Assembly: GCA_964016885.1 (NCBI GenBank)
Contig: OZ024757.1
Coordinates: 434,001 to 498,000, forward strand
From: Eledone cirrhosa
Lineage: Eukaryota
Direction: 5' to 3'
Length of the DNA: 64,000 nt
In this document: in pieces, positions 41,160 through 54,497 of the stretch
Numbering within the stretch: position 1 is the stretch's first letter
Layout of the letters: every line of letters begins with the position of its first letter
Notes under the pieces: generated by a model
What the model saw: the letters and a program-made list of their open reading frames with translations, nothing else
Databases searched by the model: none
Told to the model about the DNA's origin: nothing
Made by a program: the position numbers and the translations under genes

Positions 41160-41870
41160 TTATATTTCTCTTAGGTCAGTGTTGTTTGTTTGGGTGTTGT
41201 TGTTATTCCATTCATTCTTTCTGTTTAGTCTTGGTCTTCTAATTTCTATTTCACTGGCCTCTCTGATTTGCCTATCTGCTGGGTCATTTCTATGTTTAGA
41301 TATTATTCTAATTTCTATGCTGTCTATGTTACCGTCATGTTGTTGTCTGGCATGTTCGTATAGTACTGCCCCGTTTTTTCGTCCTTTTAGTTCCCCCCAG
41401 TGTTGGTCTATCCTTTCACCTATGCTATGAGCTGTCTCACCTATGTATGTTGTTGTCATGTTTCTGCAGGTACCCTCTGTACATCTTATGCTATAGACTA
41501 CGTTTCTAGTTTTACAGTTTATCCGGGGGTTTACCTTACATATGATACATTTCCTATTGGTACAGTGGGTTTTCTTAAAAGGGTAGGTTTTGCTGATCAG
41601 GGATTTTATGGTGGTTCCTGACTTTTCTACCACCTTCATTTTTAAGTGGGTCTTTCTCAGGGCCTTTCTACACTGGTTAGCTAATTTCCCTACAAGGGTA
41701 GCGTCCACAAACATGACACTCTGGTATCTCTGGTTGTCGTACCATGAGGTGGCTTTCCCTATCTTATGTCTAGCCCTATCTAAGCTATTCCATGATTTGC
41801 TCCTGTATAATGGGAAAATTCCTTTCATGTCCAGTTCTATGAGGATCTTATACTTCTCCATGGCTCCTTC
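41160..41870 (-). pseudogene. Penelope-like linker and GIY-YIG endonuclease coding region (open frame)
   Basis: ORF 41160-41975 (true frame from about KDRVRVY) includes the Cys-rich linker HCTNRKCIICK...NCK, the GIY-YIG motifs and CCHH residues. Confidence 0.85.
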
Positions 41871-42419
41871 GTATACTCTGACTCTGTCTTTGGTTGTAGC
41901 CAGAGAACTGCATGCGGTGGATGAAGTGTTGGATGTGTCTTTCCATTTCTGTTGGGCCGCACATGCGGGACACATTCTTCATCACTCGTACCAAATCTGC
42001 GATCAGAATATTAAACTTAGCACTACTGGGCATTGCTGAGTTTTGAGTATCAGGTATTTGGAGGCCATGGGTTTAGCATAGTCTGAGTGGAGAATTTGGG
42101 CTCTCTCTCGTCTATAGAGTTAATCCAGAGTTCTGTGTCTAATACAGGTAGTCTATTGTTAGGGTGTTTGGAAGGGAAGTCGATAGTTACAGTTATACTC
42201 TGGTGTATGGAATTAGCTATCTGCTGGATGCTTTCCATTGTGCTACGTTCTAAATCAAACTTTTTAGTGCTCTCTAGTGGGGATGTTCTTATAACTATAT
42301 TGATATCGTCTACATAACGAGAGTACATGATGAGGTCTATGGAGCTCTCATTAAGGAGATCTTTAAGTCTCCTTCCCACCATACCACGAAAAGGTTGGCA
42401 ATATATATACATATATATA

Positions 42420-43430
42420 CGATAGCATGGGTCAGACTAGTCGTCCTGTTGTGAAACAAGTCAGATCAAACGACCATTTCTGCCTTGGTTTCTATTGCTG
42501 GATGGTCTTCCTAACACCAACCACATTTACAAGGTGGACTGTGCAGTTATTGTTGTCTCATGTCACTAACATGACCACTCTATAGGGTGGACTGGGTACT
42601 ATTGTTGTGTCACCATCGCAACAACCACCACCACCTTAGAAGGCAGAGTAGGTGCTCTTTGTCATGTCACCAACTTGTGTGCTCATCAGGGCAGTTCAGG
42701 TGCCATCTGTCTTGCCACTAACATGACCACTTTACAAAATGAGCTGGGTACCTTCTGTCATGTCCCCAACATGACCACCTCACAGGGTGGACCGATTACT
42801 TATTTGTCATTGCACCAGCACAACTACCTTGCAGGGAAGGTTAGCTACTGTTTTGTCATAACACCTGTATGACAACCTTACTGAGGGTGGACTGAGGGCT
42901 TTTAGCCATTTCAGCAGCATTCTGGGAGAGCATGTTAAGCTTTCTATACTTGACTACATTGGTTGGTTAAGAGAGGTGCATCAGATGTGGAAAATGGTGT
43001 TGGGGTGTGTATGTAGCGTGTGGATTGGAGAGGTAGGTCAGTGTGGGGTACTGAGCTGGAAGGTGGTGGGGTGTTAAGGCATAGTAGGGTTATGGTGCGT
43101 GGAGGAGGAGAAGTGATGCATACTTTAGACCACTAAATGTAGCTATTTGCTGTAGTAGCACCCTGAACTTTTGCCATCCCCTTCTTACTCTGGTTAATGT
43201 ACTTTCAGAACACCTACCTTCACTGTTGATTAGGTTACCCAGGTAATAGAAACTGTCAACTGCTTCTATAGAACCCTCAAAGAATTTCATAGAGCTTGTC
43301 CCCTGAGAGTGATTGCTGTTTACTGTTCCAATACAATGACCACATATAAAACCTACGTTCTTAGTTAACTTACCTTGTACATCTCTTGTGTACCAGAGTC
43401 TGCATTCGGGAAATAGGATTGAATTTCTCT
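42420..43430 (-). mobile_element. RTE-related remnant: 3' tail with internal imperfect repeats plus an RT C-terminal fragment
   Basis: gctggatggtcttcctaacaccaacc is the reverse complement of the RTE tail at about 32875-32900; ORF 43090-43290 reads EAVDSFYYLGNLINSEGRCSESTLTRVRRGWQKFR. Confidence 0.7.
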
Positions 43431-44745
43431 CACTCTTGCTATATAACTTTGAATAACTTTGAAATGTTTTGGCCAGTATTGGCCCAGGCCATGTCTAACT
43501 TAATAGCACCACCTGGCGAATATATATACATTATATATTTATAAGTGAAGACATATTTTGATATACATGTTATATATATATATATAAACACAGTAAAGTG
43601 GTCATGACAAAAAGCGCCCAACCAAAATCGTAAAGTGGTTGTGTAGGTGTCATGACAAAGATCACCAACTGCTCACACTAAATATTGTTGGCGTTAGGAA
43701 GGACATTCGGCCATAAAAACCAAGCCAGAACCAGTTCTGTAGGAGTCAAATCTCATTGATTGTGGACTCACTTTCAGTTATTTTTCAGAAACAACAACCA
43801 AAAACTAACAGAAATGAATATGTAAAAAAATATCACAGGTTCCACATGTGATATTTTTAGTAGTGTTTTTATAAATTAAATAAAGACCCCAAATTTAATG
43901 TGAGGCTAACACACACACATATACATGGAGCTATAGAAGAAAATGTGGCATATATACATACACAGGGAAAAGATATGAAGAAGATAGTGGTAAGAAACTC
44001 TCAAGAGAGCTGGATAGCAGAAGTTCATCAGAGAAGAAACACATCTCACACAAGTGTTTCAGTCCTTAACTTCTTACACTTTATAGGGGCCAGGCCACAT
44101 ACAAATCAATTAAGTCACATGGAGTTTTGGTTGACAGGATCTAGCTGGAACTCAACATTGTTGCCTCTGGTTTCCAACTTATATCTAGAAACATTGAGTT
44201 TGGGAAAATAACATTGGTTGTCATGGTAACAGTAAGATGTCAACAGTGCCACCACCAACTCCAAACATGACTTAGAGTTACCTACCTTAGAGTGTGTTAA
44301 AATACAAACACGATACCCTGAAACTGTATGGAGGTGTTTTTGTTCAAGGGCTAAATATTAAGTAGATATGACATACACACAGAAGAGATATAAAGTATGT
44401 ATGACAAAATGTGCTGCAGCCAATAGAGGAGAGAGCAGATGTTGATATTAAAGCAGGTGTGTGTTGTTGGTTAATGTTGATTGAACAGGTGTTGTCTACT
44501 GGTTTTAGTAGTACCACTTGTCATGTAGGAGAGAGACGTTCAATACTGAAGCTTGTGTTTGTTGCTTTAGTGTCAGCTACTCTGTTGATTGTAAATGAGG
44601 CTAATTAGTCATTTACACAGGTGAAAAAACTATATATTTTCACTTGTCTCAAAGTCCAGCTGTAGGCAGAGGTAAGGACTGTGATGACGAGAACTATTTT
44701 AGTTTGAAATGCAGAGACAAATATAGTCCTTGACTTTTATGAATT

Positions 44746-44759
44746 CCACCAGATGGCGC
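44746..44759 (+). promoter_or_regulatory. CTCF consensus-matching site CCACCAGATGGCGC
   Basis: Exact match to the CCASYAGRKGGCRS core; the paralog at 62740-62753 also matches. Confidence 0.6.
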
Positions 44760-44885
44760 TGGCTGTCAGTCTTCTATTTATAACTGAGGCTTTCAAAATG
44801 TTTATTTATAAAACGCTGTATATCTTAGATGTAGTAAATTCACACACAAATATTATATATATATATATATACATATATGGGAAAG

Positions 44886-44979
44886 AGTCAGGACCCGACG
44901 GCTGAGTTCTGGCCGTTTTGACAGCTAGTTCAGATCCAGCTGTCAAAACGGCCAGAACTCAGCCGTCGGGGTCCTGACT
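44886..44979. repeat. GC-rich inverted repeat with 41-bp arms and an 11-nt loop
   Basis: agtcaggacccgacggctgagttctggccgttttgacagct / agctgtcaaaacggccagaactcagccgtcggggtcctgact, with one bulged G. Confidence 0.95.
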
Positions 44980-45261
44980 TTTCCTATTACCCACTCTACT
45001 ACCCTAAGTATCGAGTACTCTGGTGTGTTATGGTCCACCTGGTTCCTTACCACACTTCCTTCATTATATATATATAAAGATAAGTACGGATAAAATTTGA
45101 TGTGTGGATCAGTGTACAAATGAAAATAAGTAAGATTGCTTAGCAAAGTATTTTTCTTGACATGGTCTTTGTATATTGTAAGATGCAGCGACCTCACCTC
45201 GAACTTTGAAATCTTTCTGATGAAATGTAGTATTTTATGTATTGTTAGTGAATGTGCATAA

Positions 45262-45451
45262 TAATTGTTTCTACTTTAGGCACAAGGCCAGCAATTACCC
45301 AGTGCATTACTGGTACTTTATTTTACCGACCCCGTAAGGATGAAAGGCAAAGTCAACCTCGGCGGGATTTGAACTCAGATCGTAAAGGGACGTAACTATG
45401 CTGGAAAGCATGGCGTCCGACCCTCTACCGATACTGCCAATCCACCGCCCT
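45262..45451 (-). mobile_element. tRNA-derived SINE shared by both cassettes
   Basis: Same family; the corresponding copy is at 63298-63476. Confidence 0.85.
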
Positions 45452-45567
45452 TAAATTGTGCATAATAATAATATGTAACCAGCAGTTGAAGACTGATATT
45501 GTATTGAAACATGGGTTAAAGAATGGACTTTGATTAAATTCTTCTCTTCTAACCTATACTTCATGCC

Positions 45568-46677
45568 TAGTGACATTGGGGTGAAGACAATAGCTACTAG
45601 GGTGAGATAGTGACATTGGGGTGAAGACAGTAGCTACTAGGGTGAGATAGTGACATTGGGGTGAAGACAATAGCGACTAGGGTGAGATAGTGAGATTGGG
45701 GTGAAGTCAATAGCTACTAGGGTGAGATAGTGACATTGGAGTGGAGACAGAAGCTACTAAGGTGGGATAGTGACATTGGGGTGAAGACAATAGCTACTAG
45801 GGTGAGATAGTGACATTGGGGTGAAGACAATAGCTACTAGGGTGAGATAGAGACATTGGGGTGAAGACAATAGCTACTAGGGTGAGATAGTGACATTGGG
45901 GTGAAAACAATAGCTACGAGGGTGCGATAGTGACATTGGGGTGAAGACAATAGCTACTAGGGTGAGATAGTGACATTGGGTTGACGACAATAGCTACTAG
46001 GGTGAGATAGTGACATTGGGATGAAGACAGTAGCTATTAAGATGAGATAGTGACATTGGGGTGAAGACAATTGCTTCTAGGGTGAGATAGTGACATTGGA
46101 GTGGAGACAGAAGCTACTAAGGTGAGATAGTGATATTGGGGTGAAGACAATAGCTACTAGGGTGAGATAGTGATATTGGGGTGAAGACAATAGCTACAAG
46201 GGTGCGATAGTGAGATTGGGGTGAAGACAATAGCTACTAGGGTGAGATAGTGACATTGGGGTGAAGACAGTAGCTACTAGGGTGAGATAGTGACATTGGG
46301 GTAAAGACAAGTAGCCACTAGGGTGAGATAGTGACATTGGAGTGGAGACAATAGCTACTAGGGTGAGATAGTGACATTGGGGTGAAGACAATAGCTACTA
46401 GGGTGAGATAGTGACATTGGGTTGAAGACAATAGCTACTAGGGTGAGATATTGACATTGGGTGGAGACAGTAGCTACTAGGGTGAGATAATGACATTGGG
46501 GTGGAGAAAATAGTTACTAGGGTGAGATAGTGACATTGGGGTGAAGACAGTAGCTACTAGGGTGACAACAGTAGCTACTAGGGTGACAACAGTAGCTACT
46601 AGGCTGAGATAGTGACATTAGGGTGAAGTCAGTAGCTACTAGGGTGAGATAGTGACATTGGAGTGGATACAGAAGCT
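45568..46677. repeat. 40-bp satellite array B, about 28 monomers
   Basis: Same monomer as array A; begins after cttcatgcc. Confidence 0.98.
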
Positions 46678-47022
46678 AATTTGATTCTTTCCTTAAGTAT
46701 TAAAACTCTTTCTCACATTTCCATTACTTGTTCCATGCCTGAGTAGTTGCTCCTTTCTAGTACCTCACCTTTTCCTTTATAGCATTATATTAGTATACTA
46801 CTATGTCTGTTATTGGTTATGGCCCCATCCTATAGTATCTGACTGACTATGTACGTGACTGGTTTGACATCTATTTCCCCAGAATCTTTCAACATCTCAG
46901 TTATTTCTAATGGAACAGCAGCTTTACCATTTTTATTCCCCTTGATTGCTTTTTTGACCCTATAACTATCTATTTCAATAGCTGGTCCCTCTTTGGGGTT
47001 AGTTGGAGGTAGTCTCTCTTTT
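46678..47022 (-). mobile_element. RTE remnant, paralog of 24540-24890; the part corresponding to about 23830-24536 is deleted
   Basis: Near-identical to 24541-24890 and joined directly to the satellite. Confidence 0.8.
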
Positions 47023-47309
47023 CAGTTATTTACCATTTTACAGGGTTAACTGTGTGTGATCCCTTCTATTCATTCGGGAACATATTCAACTTTGATAATA
47101 AATTGACTAAATTAGTAAATTCTATACCATACAGTAATTTCAACACAAGTCTTGGTTAGATCTTCTACAAATAAACTGAGAGAAGGGTAATTTTTTAGTA
47201 AACCAGTTTTATTATGAACATTTACAACATAGGTGACACAATCCTGGGTGACTGGTGTGGTTTTTATCTTGTCTTATTGTGTTTGTGTTTCATTAAACAA
47301 CTTTTACAG

Positions 47310-48151
<842 letters not shown>

Positions 48152-49252
48152 CTATGGTTTCTCTCCTATATGGATGAGATTGTGTGTTGTTAAATGTCCT
48201 TTCAGAGAGAATGATTTACCACAGTGGTATGGTTTCTCTCCTGTATGAACACGTTTGTGATTTGTTAAGACATTATTTCGAGAGAATGATTTACCACAGA
48301 TATTACAATGGTATGGTTTCTCTCCTGTATGGATGAGATTGTGTGTTAATAAGCTTCCTTTCTGAGAGAATGATTTACCACAGATATCACAATGGTATGG
48401 CTTCTCTCCTGTATGAATACGTTTGTGATTTGTTAAGACATTATTTTGAGAGAATGATTTACCACAGATATCACAGTGGTATGGCTTCTCTCCTGTATGA
48501 GTAAGATTGTGGGCTAATAAGTTTCCTTTCTGTGAAAATGACTTACCACAGATATTACAATAGTATGGCTTCTCTCCTGTATGAGTAAGATTGTGTGTTA
48601 ATAAGTTTACTTTATGTGAAAATGACTTACCACAGATATTACAGTGATATGGTTTCTCTCCTGTATGAATAGATTTGTGATTTGTTAAGACATTATTTTG
48701 AGAGAATGATTTGCCACAGATATCACAGTGGTATGGTTTCTCTCCTGTATGAGTAAGATTGTGTGTTAATAAGCTTCCTTTCTGTGAAAATGACTTACCA
48801 CAGATATTACAATGGTATGGCTTCTCTCCTGTATGAGTAAGATTGTGTGTTAATAAGTTTCCTTTCTGTGAAAATGATTTACCACAGATATTACAGTGAT
48901 ATGGCTTCTCTTCTGTATGAATAGATTTGTGATTTGTTAAGACATTATTTTGAGAGAATGATTTACCACAGATATCACAGTGGTATGGTTTCTCTCCTGT
49001 ATGAGTAAGATTGTGTGTTAATAAGTTTCCTTTATGTGAAAATGACTTACCACAGATATCGCAGTGGTATGGTTTCTCTCCTGTATGAATACGTTTGTGA
49101 TTTGTTAAGACATTATTTCGAGAGAATGATTTACCACAGATATTACAATGGTATGACTTCTCTCCTGTATTCTTTGTTATCTCATTAGGAATACTAATAC
49201 CTTTAGGCAGTGTTTCACATTTAACCTTCTTCTCACCCAACTTATTTTCCAT
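48152..49252 (-). CDS. Tandem C2H2 zinc-finger protein (ZNF-2), 366 aa, with 11 intact fingers and one finger lacking 9 nt
   Basis: Same [29 protein letters not shown]-terminus as ZNF-1; the 12th finger is YHC---GKSF; a TAG stop replaces the Tyr of the next finger. Confidence 0.88.
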   Translation of the reverse strand: MENKLGEKKVKCETLPKGISIPNEITKNTGEKSYHCNICGKSFSRNNVLTNHKRIHTGEKPYHCDICGKSFSHKGNLLTHNLTHTGEKPYHCDICGKSFSQNNVLTNHKSIHTEEKPYHCNICGKSFSQKGNLLTHNLTHTGEKPYHCNICGKSFSQKGSLLTHNLTHTGEKPYHCDICGKSFSQNNVLTNHKSIHTGEKPYHCNICGKSFSHKVNLLTHNLTHTGEKPYYCNICGKSFSQKGNLLAHNLTHTGEKPYHCDICGKSFSQNNVLTNHKRIHTGEKPYHCDICGKSFSQKGSLLTHNLIHTGEKPYHCNICGKSFSRNNVLTNHKRVHTGEKPYHCGKSFSLKGHLTTHNLIHIGEKP

Positions 49253-49577
49253 AATGTCTTGCCAATAAATTCACTTCTGATGAAATATTTTACAGTAAGT
49301 CAGTCATAGATTTATATAAACAGTGTTATATCAGTTCTGTATAAAACACTTTAGTCTTTGATGATAAATGTTGATGATGTATCCAAGGTTTAAAAATTTA
49401 TCCCAATGTCATCTGGTATTCTGAAATAAGAAAGAAACAGTATGAGATAATAGAGAATACTTAAATACTAGAGATAGATTTATTAGAGAAAATGTTAGAC
49501 TTTTATATCAATAATCTCTAGATATAGACCTTTAATTGAAAAATCAACTTACTTTAGTTTTTAATTTGTTATCAATA

Positions 49578-50085
49578 TTACATCATACAACCTTGTATGA
49601 TATCTATATATACAGACATATATACATATGTCAATGTTACATCATACAACTTTGTGTGTTGTCTATATATACATATGTCAATGTTACATCATACAACCTT
49701 GTGTAATGTCTATATATACAGACATATATATATTACATTATATAACCTTGTGTAATGTCTATATATATATATATAGACATAAATATATATGTTACATTAT
49801 ACAACCTTGTGTGATGTCTATATATACAGACATATATATACATATGTCAATATTACATTATATAACCTTGTGTTATGTCTATATATACAGACATATATAT
49901 ACATATGTCAATATTACATTATACAACCTTGTGTAATGTATATATATATAGACATATATATACATATGTTACATTATACAACCTTGTGTAATGTCTATAT
50001 ATATATATATAGACATATATATACATATGTTACATTATACAACCTTGTGTAATGTCTATATATAGACATATATACATTTGTCAAT
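49578..50085. repeat. AT-rich minisatellite, a shorter paralog of 27808-28585
   Basis: Same acaaccttgtgtaatgtcta unit. Confidence 0.95.
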
Positions 50086-50258
50086 GTCTGTCAGTCTGGT
50101 GCATTGCTCCAGCCACAAATCTCATCAGTAGTTCACAATAGGCTTTCAATAATATATATATATACATATATATATGGAACTAGCTGTTCCAATGGCAAGC
50201 TGTCAGCTCAGTTGTCATGCTCTACTATCTCAAGTATTGAGTACTCTGTAGAATAATG

Positions 50259-50304
<46 letters not shown>

Positions 50305-50829
50305 AACCTGTCGAGAGTTATGAATCAGAATTTGTCGAATCTTACTGTTGCCGAATTGTTGTTTTGAGAAATGTAATGTATTTCACTTCATTTCCTTGTC
50401 TCTCCATCTTTCTTGGTCTAATTTACCTATCAGTATTTATATTGTCCCTTTAACTTTTCATAATGATGGTCGAATCTGTAGGTCCTTTATAAAAATAATC
50501 TTCTCGTTAACTCCCCCCACGCCACCATTACTATTTGGTCCAATCATAATTCAGTGGCTTATAATTATGTTTCTCTTACCAATCTCTTCCACAAAACCAC
50601 TGCCTCGGCTATCACTCCTTAAGTTTAGACTTGGTTGCTTTTGATATGCTAGATGGACTATAGAATTTGGAGAGTTTGTAGAATCTGGACACTCAATGAC
50701 AATGTCAAAGATAAAGATAAATGTTGCCGGACGAGAATGCAAGGACTCCTCTCTATTTCAGACACGGATGGCTGAACATAACCTCATCTCCCTCACCCCT
50801 CCCTGCACTACCAACCCGTCCCTTCCACC

Positions 50830-53800
50830 TCAACAAGGTTGTAGAGATGCTTCAACATGAGGAAGTTGATGTGTGTTGTGTCCAAGAGACCAGGTGGAGG
50901 GGTGGGTCTGCTAGATTCATTGTGGGTAAAAAACGATGCTATAAAGTACTCTCGCTGGGAAATGGGTAGATAAGGTAATTGCCGTAAATAGAGTGAACAA
51001 CAGAATAATTAAAATAAGACTAGTCCTAAATAGAACTACCGTGATAATAATATCCGCTTATGCACCCCAATCTGGACTACCTGGCATTATAAAAGATTCT
51101 ATGAGTTGCTAATGCTCACTACCTTCGAAATAACCGACAGTGACTACATAATTATTGCTGGTGACCTAAATGGTCATGTTGGACAACATTGTGACGGCTA
51201 TGATGGAATCCATGGAGGCTATGGGTTTGGTACTAGAAATGAGGAAGGCTTCAGAATCCTGGAATTCTGTGATGCAAATAACCTAACCATGTGTAACACA
51301 AACTTCAAAAAACGAAACAATCACTTGATCACCTATAGAACAGGGGAACACGCCAATCAGATAGATTATATCCTTACCAGAAGACGTGACAGAGTGTCTA
51401 TTGTAAACACTAAATCCCTCCCCCGTGAAGAATGCACCTCCCAACATAGCCTCATAGTTAGTGACCTCATAGTCAGGACTAGACATACTCAACAACAAAA
51501 GAATACTTTGAGGAGAAGAATATGGAAATTGAAGGACCCCTCAGCCAGTAACAAATTTTAAAGCATATTACTTGATGCTTTTGACAGTAAGGAAGAGCAA
51601 TTAGAGACATACAATATAGAGGAATATGGGAATTCCTGAAAGTTAACCTGCTGAAGGCAAAATATGAAATCAGTGGCTGGAGCAGACCTATAGGCAGGAG
51701 GAGAGTAACTTGGTGATGGAACAGTAAGGTGGAGGTGTAAAACAAGGCCAAAAAACAGGCTTGGGAAGTATGGCAGGATGGGGGAAGTAGAGAACACTAT
51801 CAAGTGGCCAGGAGAGAAGCTAGGAGACACATGTACTTTGCAAGAAGGGAAGCAGAGGACAGAAAGTTCAAGCATGTTCTACAACGCGAGGACCAAAAAC
51901 GTGAGGTGTTCAGGATTGCTAGGCAATGTCTCAAGGAAAACCGTGATATCGTCGGGGGGAAGTGTTACCGTAATGATGATGGTGTACTTGCCATTACTGA
52001 TGCTGATAAGAAGGTAGCTTGGAAGTGTCACTACGAGAGACTACTAAATGAGGAGAATAAATGGGAAAAAGATAGTCTGCCCTAAATCGATCCAATAGAG
52101 GGACCAGCAGTGCAAGTTAAAGGTAGTATAATAAGTAAGGCAATCAAAGATATGAAGACAGGCAAGGCAGCTGGGCCTTCAGGGATAGTTGCTGAAATGC
52201 TGAAAGCATCTGGAATGGTGGGACACACTATGGTGTAAAGTCATACAGAATGGGATCATACCAAATGACTGGTGTAGCAGCATCATCATTAACTGCTACA
52301 AGGGTAAAGGAGATGCCCTAGATAGGGGAAACTATAGAGGCATTAAATTAGTTGACCAGGTCATGAAGGTCACAGAAAGAGTTATAGCACAACTAATCAG
52401 AGAGCGAATTGATCTAGATGAAATGCAGTTTGGGTTTGTGTCAGGTAAAAGTACCACAGATGCTCTTTTCCTTGTACAACAACTACAGAAGTACCTAGCT
52501 AAAAGTAAACCCCTATACTTAGCTTTTGTTGACTTGGAGAAAGCCTTTGACAGAGTCCCCCGCTCCATTATCTGGTCGGCTCTTAGAAAACTAGGTGTTG
52601 ATGAATGGCTTGTGAGAGCTATACAGGCCATGTATAAAGAAACAGTCAGCAAGGTTAGAATTAACAATGAATATAGTGAAGAATTTAGCGTAAAAGTTGG
52701 TGTTCATTAAGGCTCTGTCTTTAGCCCCCTCCTATTTATTATTGCCGTTCAGGCTATAACAGAGGAGTTCAAGACTGGCTGCTCATGGGAACTTCTATAT
52801 GCAGATGATCTAACTCTCATAGCAGAATCGATGGGTGAACTAGAGAAGAAATTCCAACCATGGAAGCATGGCCTAGAATCAAAAGGCCTTAAAGTTAACT
52901 TGTCTAATACTAAAGTTCTAGTATGTAGAAAGGAAAATAGGGCACAGGTTCCCTCTGGGAAATGGCCATGCTCAGTGTGTAGGAAAAGAGTAGGCAGAAA
53001 TTCCATTTTATGTCCCAAATGCAAACTATGGGTCCATAAAAGATGTAGTGCGATCACAGGAAAGCTATCTAAGAATGTAGATTTTATATGTGGCTGATGC
53101 TTAGGTGCAATAAGTAGCAACTGCCCACAGGACACTAGCTCCTTCTATTGCCCAGATGGTTCTATAGAAATAGTGGACACCTTCCGATACCTGGGTGACA
53201 AAATCAGCAGTGGTGGAGGGTGCTCTGAAAGTACAGTAGCCAGAGTCAGAACGGGATGGAAAAAGTTCAGAGAGCTTATACCACTATTGGCCACTAAATG
53301 TTTCTCTCTAAAAATGAAAAGCAGATTGTATGATCCCTGCATACGAACAACAATGTTACATGGCAGTGAGACATGGGCACTGTGTGCAGAGGACCTGCGC
53401 AGACTGGAGAGGAACGAAGCATGCATGCTCTGTTGGATGTGTAATAGTAATATACGTGAACGGCAAAGCATAAATGAACTAAGTGAGAAATTAGGAATAA
53501 GAGGGATCAGATGCTGTTTACCCGAGAGAAGACTATGTTGGTACGGTCACATGATGTGCATGAAAAACGACAGCTGTATAAAAAAGTGCAGGGAAATCAA
53601 AATAGACGGTAGCTATGGTGTAGGTAGACCCAGAAAAACCTGAGACGATTTGATAAATTCCAACCTTACACATTTACACCTCTCTAAGACAATGTCACTG
53701 AACCGAGATCTTTGGCGCTACACAGTAATACAGAAGACCCACCTTGCCTATGTACAAAACAAAACCTACAGTCAGTAGGCACCTCTTAACCAAATATACA

Positions 53801-54160
53801 CCCTCATCCCACTACCCCTACTCCCACCAACACCACCCTTTCTCTATAAAGTTATGTTGGTACCACAACATCCAGTCCAAATAAATGAGATAATTAGATC
53901 GAGATCATGTAAGTGTCACTACAAAAAAACACACAGTCCACACTGTAATGTGGCTGTGTAGGTAACACGGTAAAAACCTCCCAGTCCAAACTGTAAACGT
54001 TGTTGGTGTTAGGAAGGGCATCCAGCTGAAAAAACCTGCCAGATACAGTCCTATAGGAGTGAGACACATTGACCTGACCAATCTGCCTGAAGTGGGACAA
54101 TTCCCGTCTAATCCCATGCTAGCGTGGAAGATAGCTGTTAAACAATGATGATGATGATTG
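50830..54160 (+). mobile_element. RTE-clade LINE, paralog of 29330-33035, inactivated; retains a Cys-rich PHD-like segment after the RT core
   Basis: APE motifs (SAYAPQ, IIAGDLNGHVG, NQIDYIL), RT motifs (FVDLEKAFDRV, LLYADDL) and WPCSVCRKRVGRNSILCPKCKLWVHKRCS. It shares the stops VGVH* and RKT* with copy 1. Confidence 0.93.
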
Positions 54161-54497
54161 AGATGATAGGTTTCTTATAAGCAGTTGATATACCATAACC
54201 TCTTGAGAATAAGCTGGTCCTAGTGATCCAAAAGCACTTCACATCAGTAGTTTATCCCAGGTAGGTGTTGGTAATTAGGAGAGACAGAGTAATGATTTAT
54301 CAAATAAGAGTAGTTAAGATGGGATTAATTCACCATAATTGTTTATTGCATGATATATATTTCTGTGACATGGTTATTCATGTGACATTATCAGATTCTT
54401 ACACAATCATAGTTACAGTTATGTAATGATTGGGATATATAAGTGGCCATGTATAACTATCCTGTAGTAATGTCAGCTGGCATATGTATCATGAATA

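Larger units (their letters stand above)
40482..42400 (-). mobile_element. 5'-truncated Penelope-like element (RT C-terminal half plus GIY-YIG endonuclease) with a 14-bp TSD
   Basis: YSRYVDDINIV RT motif (42050-42412); frameshifted thumb region; GIY-YIG NVVYSIRC...C...YIGET...ER..QH...EH...H...E...LN. TSD atatatatacatat at 40468-40481 and 42401-42414; empty site in cassette 2 at 61829-61842. Confidence 0.9.

Noticed and set aside
41086-42039. Plus-strand hydrophobic ORFs (114 aa and 149 aa)
   Set aside because: Antisense shadows of the Penelope ORF and low-complexity T-rich sequence.
41160-42412. Selenoprotein-encoding Naiad-type Penelope element
   Set aside because: The endonuclease is C-terminal rather than N-terminal, Cys positions are not TGA, no SECIS is evident, and the interruptions are frameshifts.
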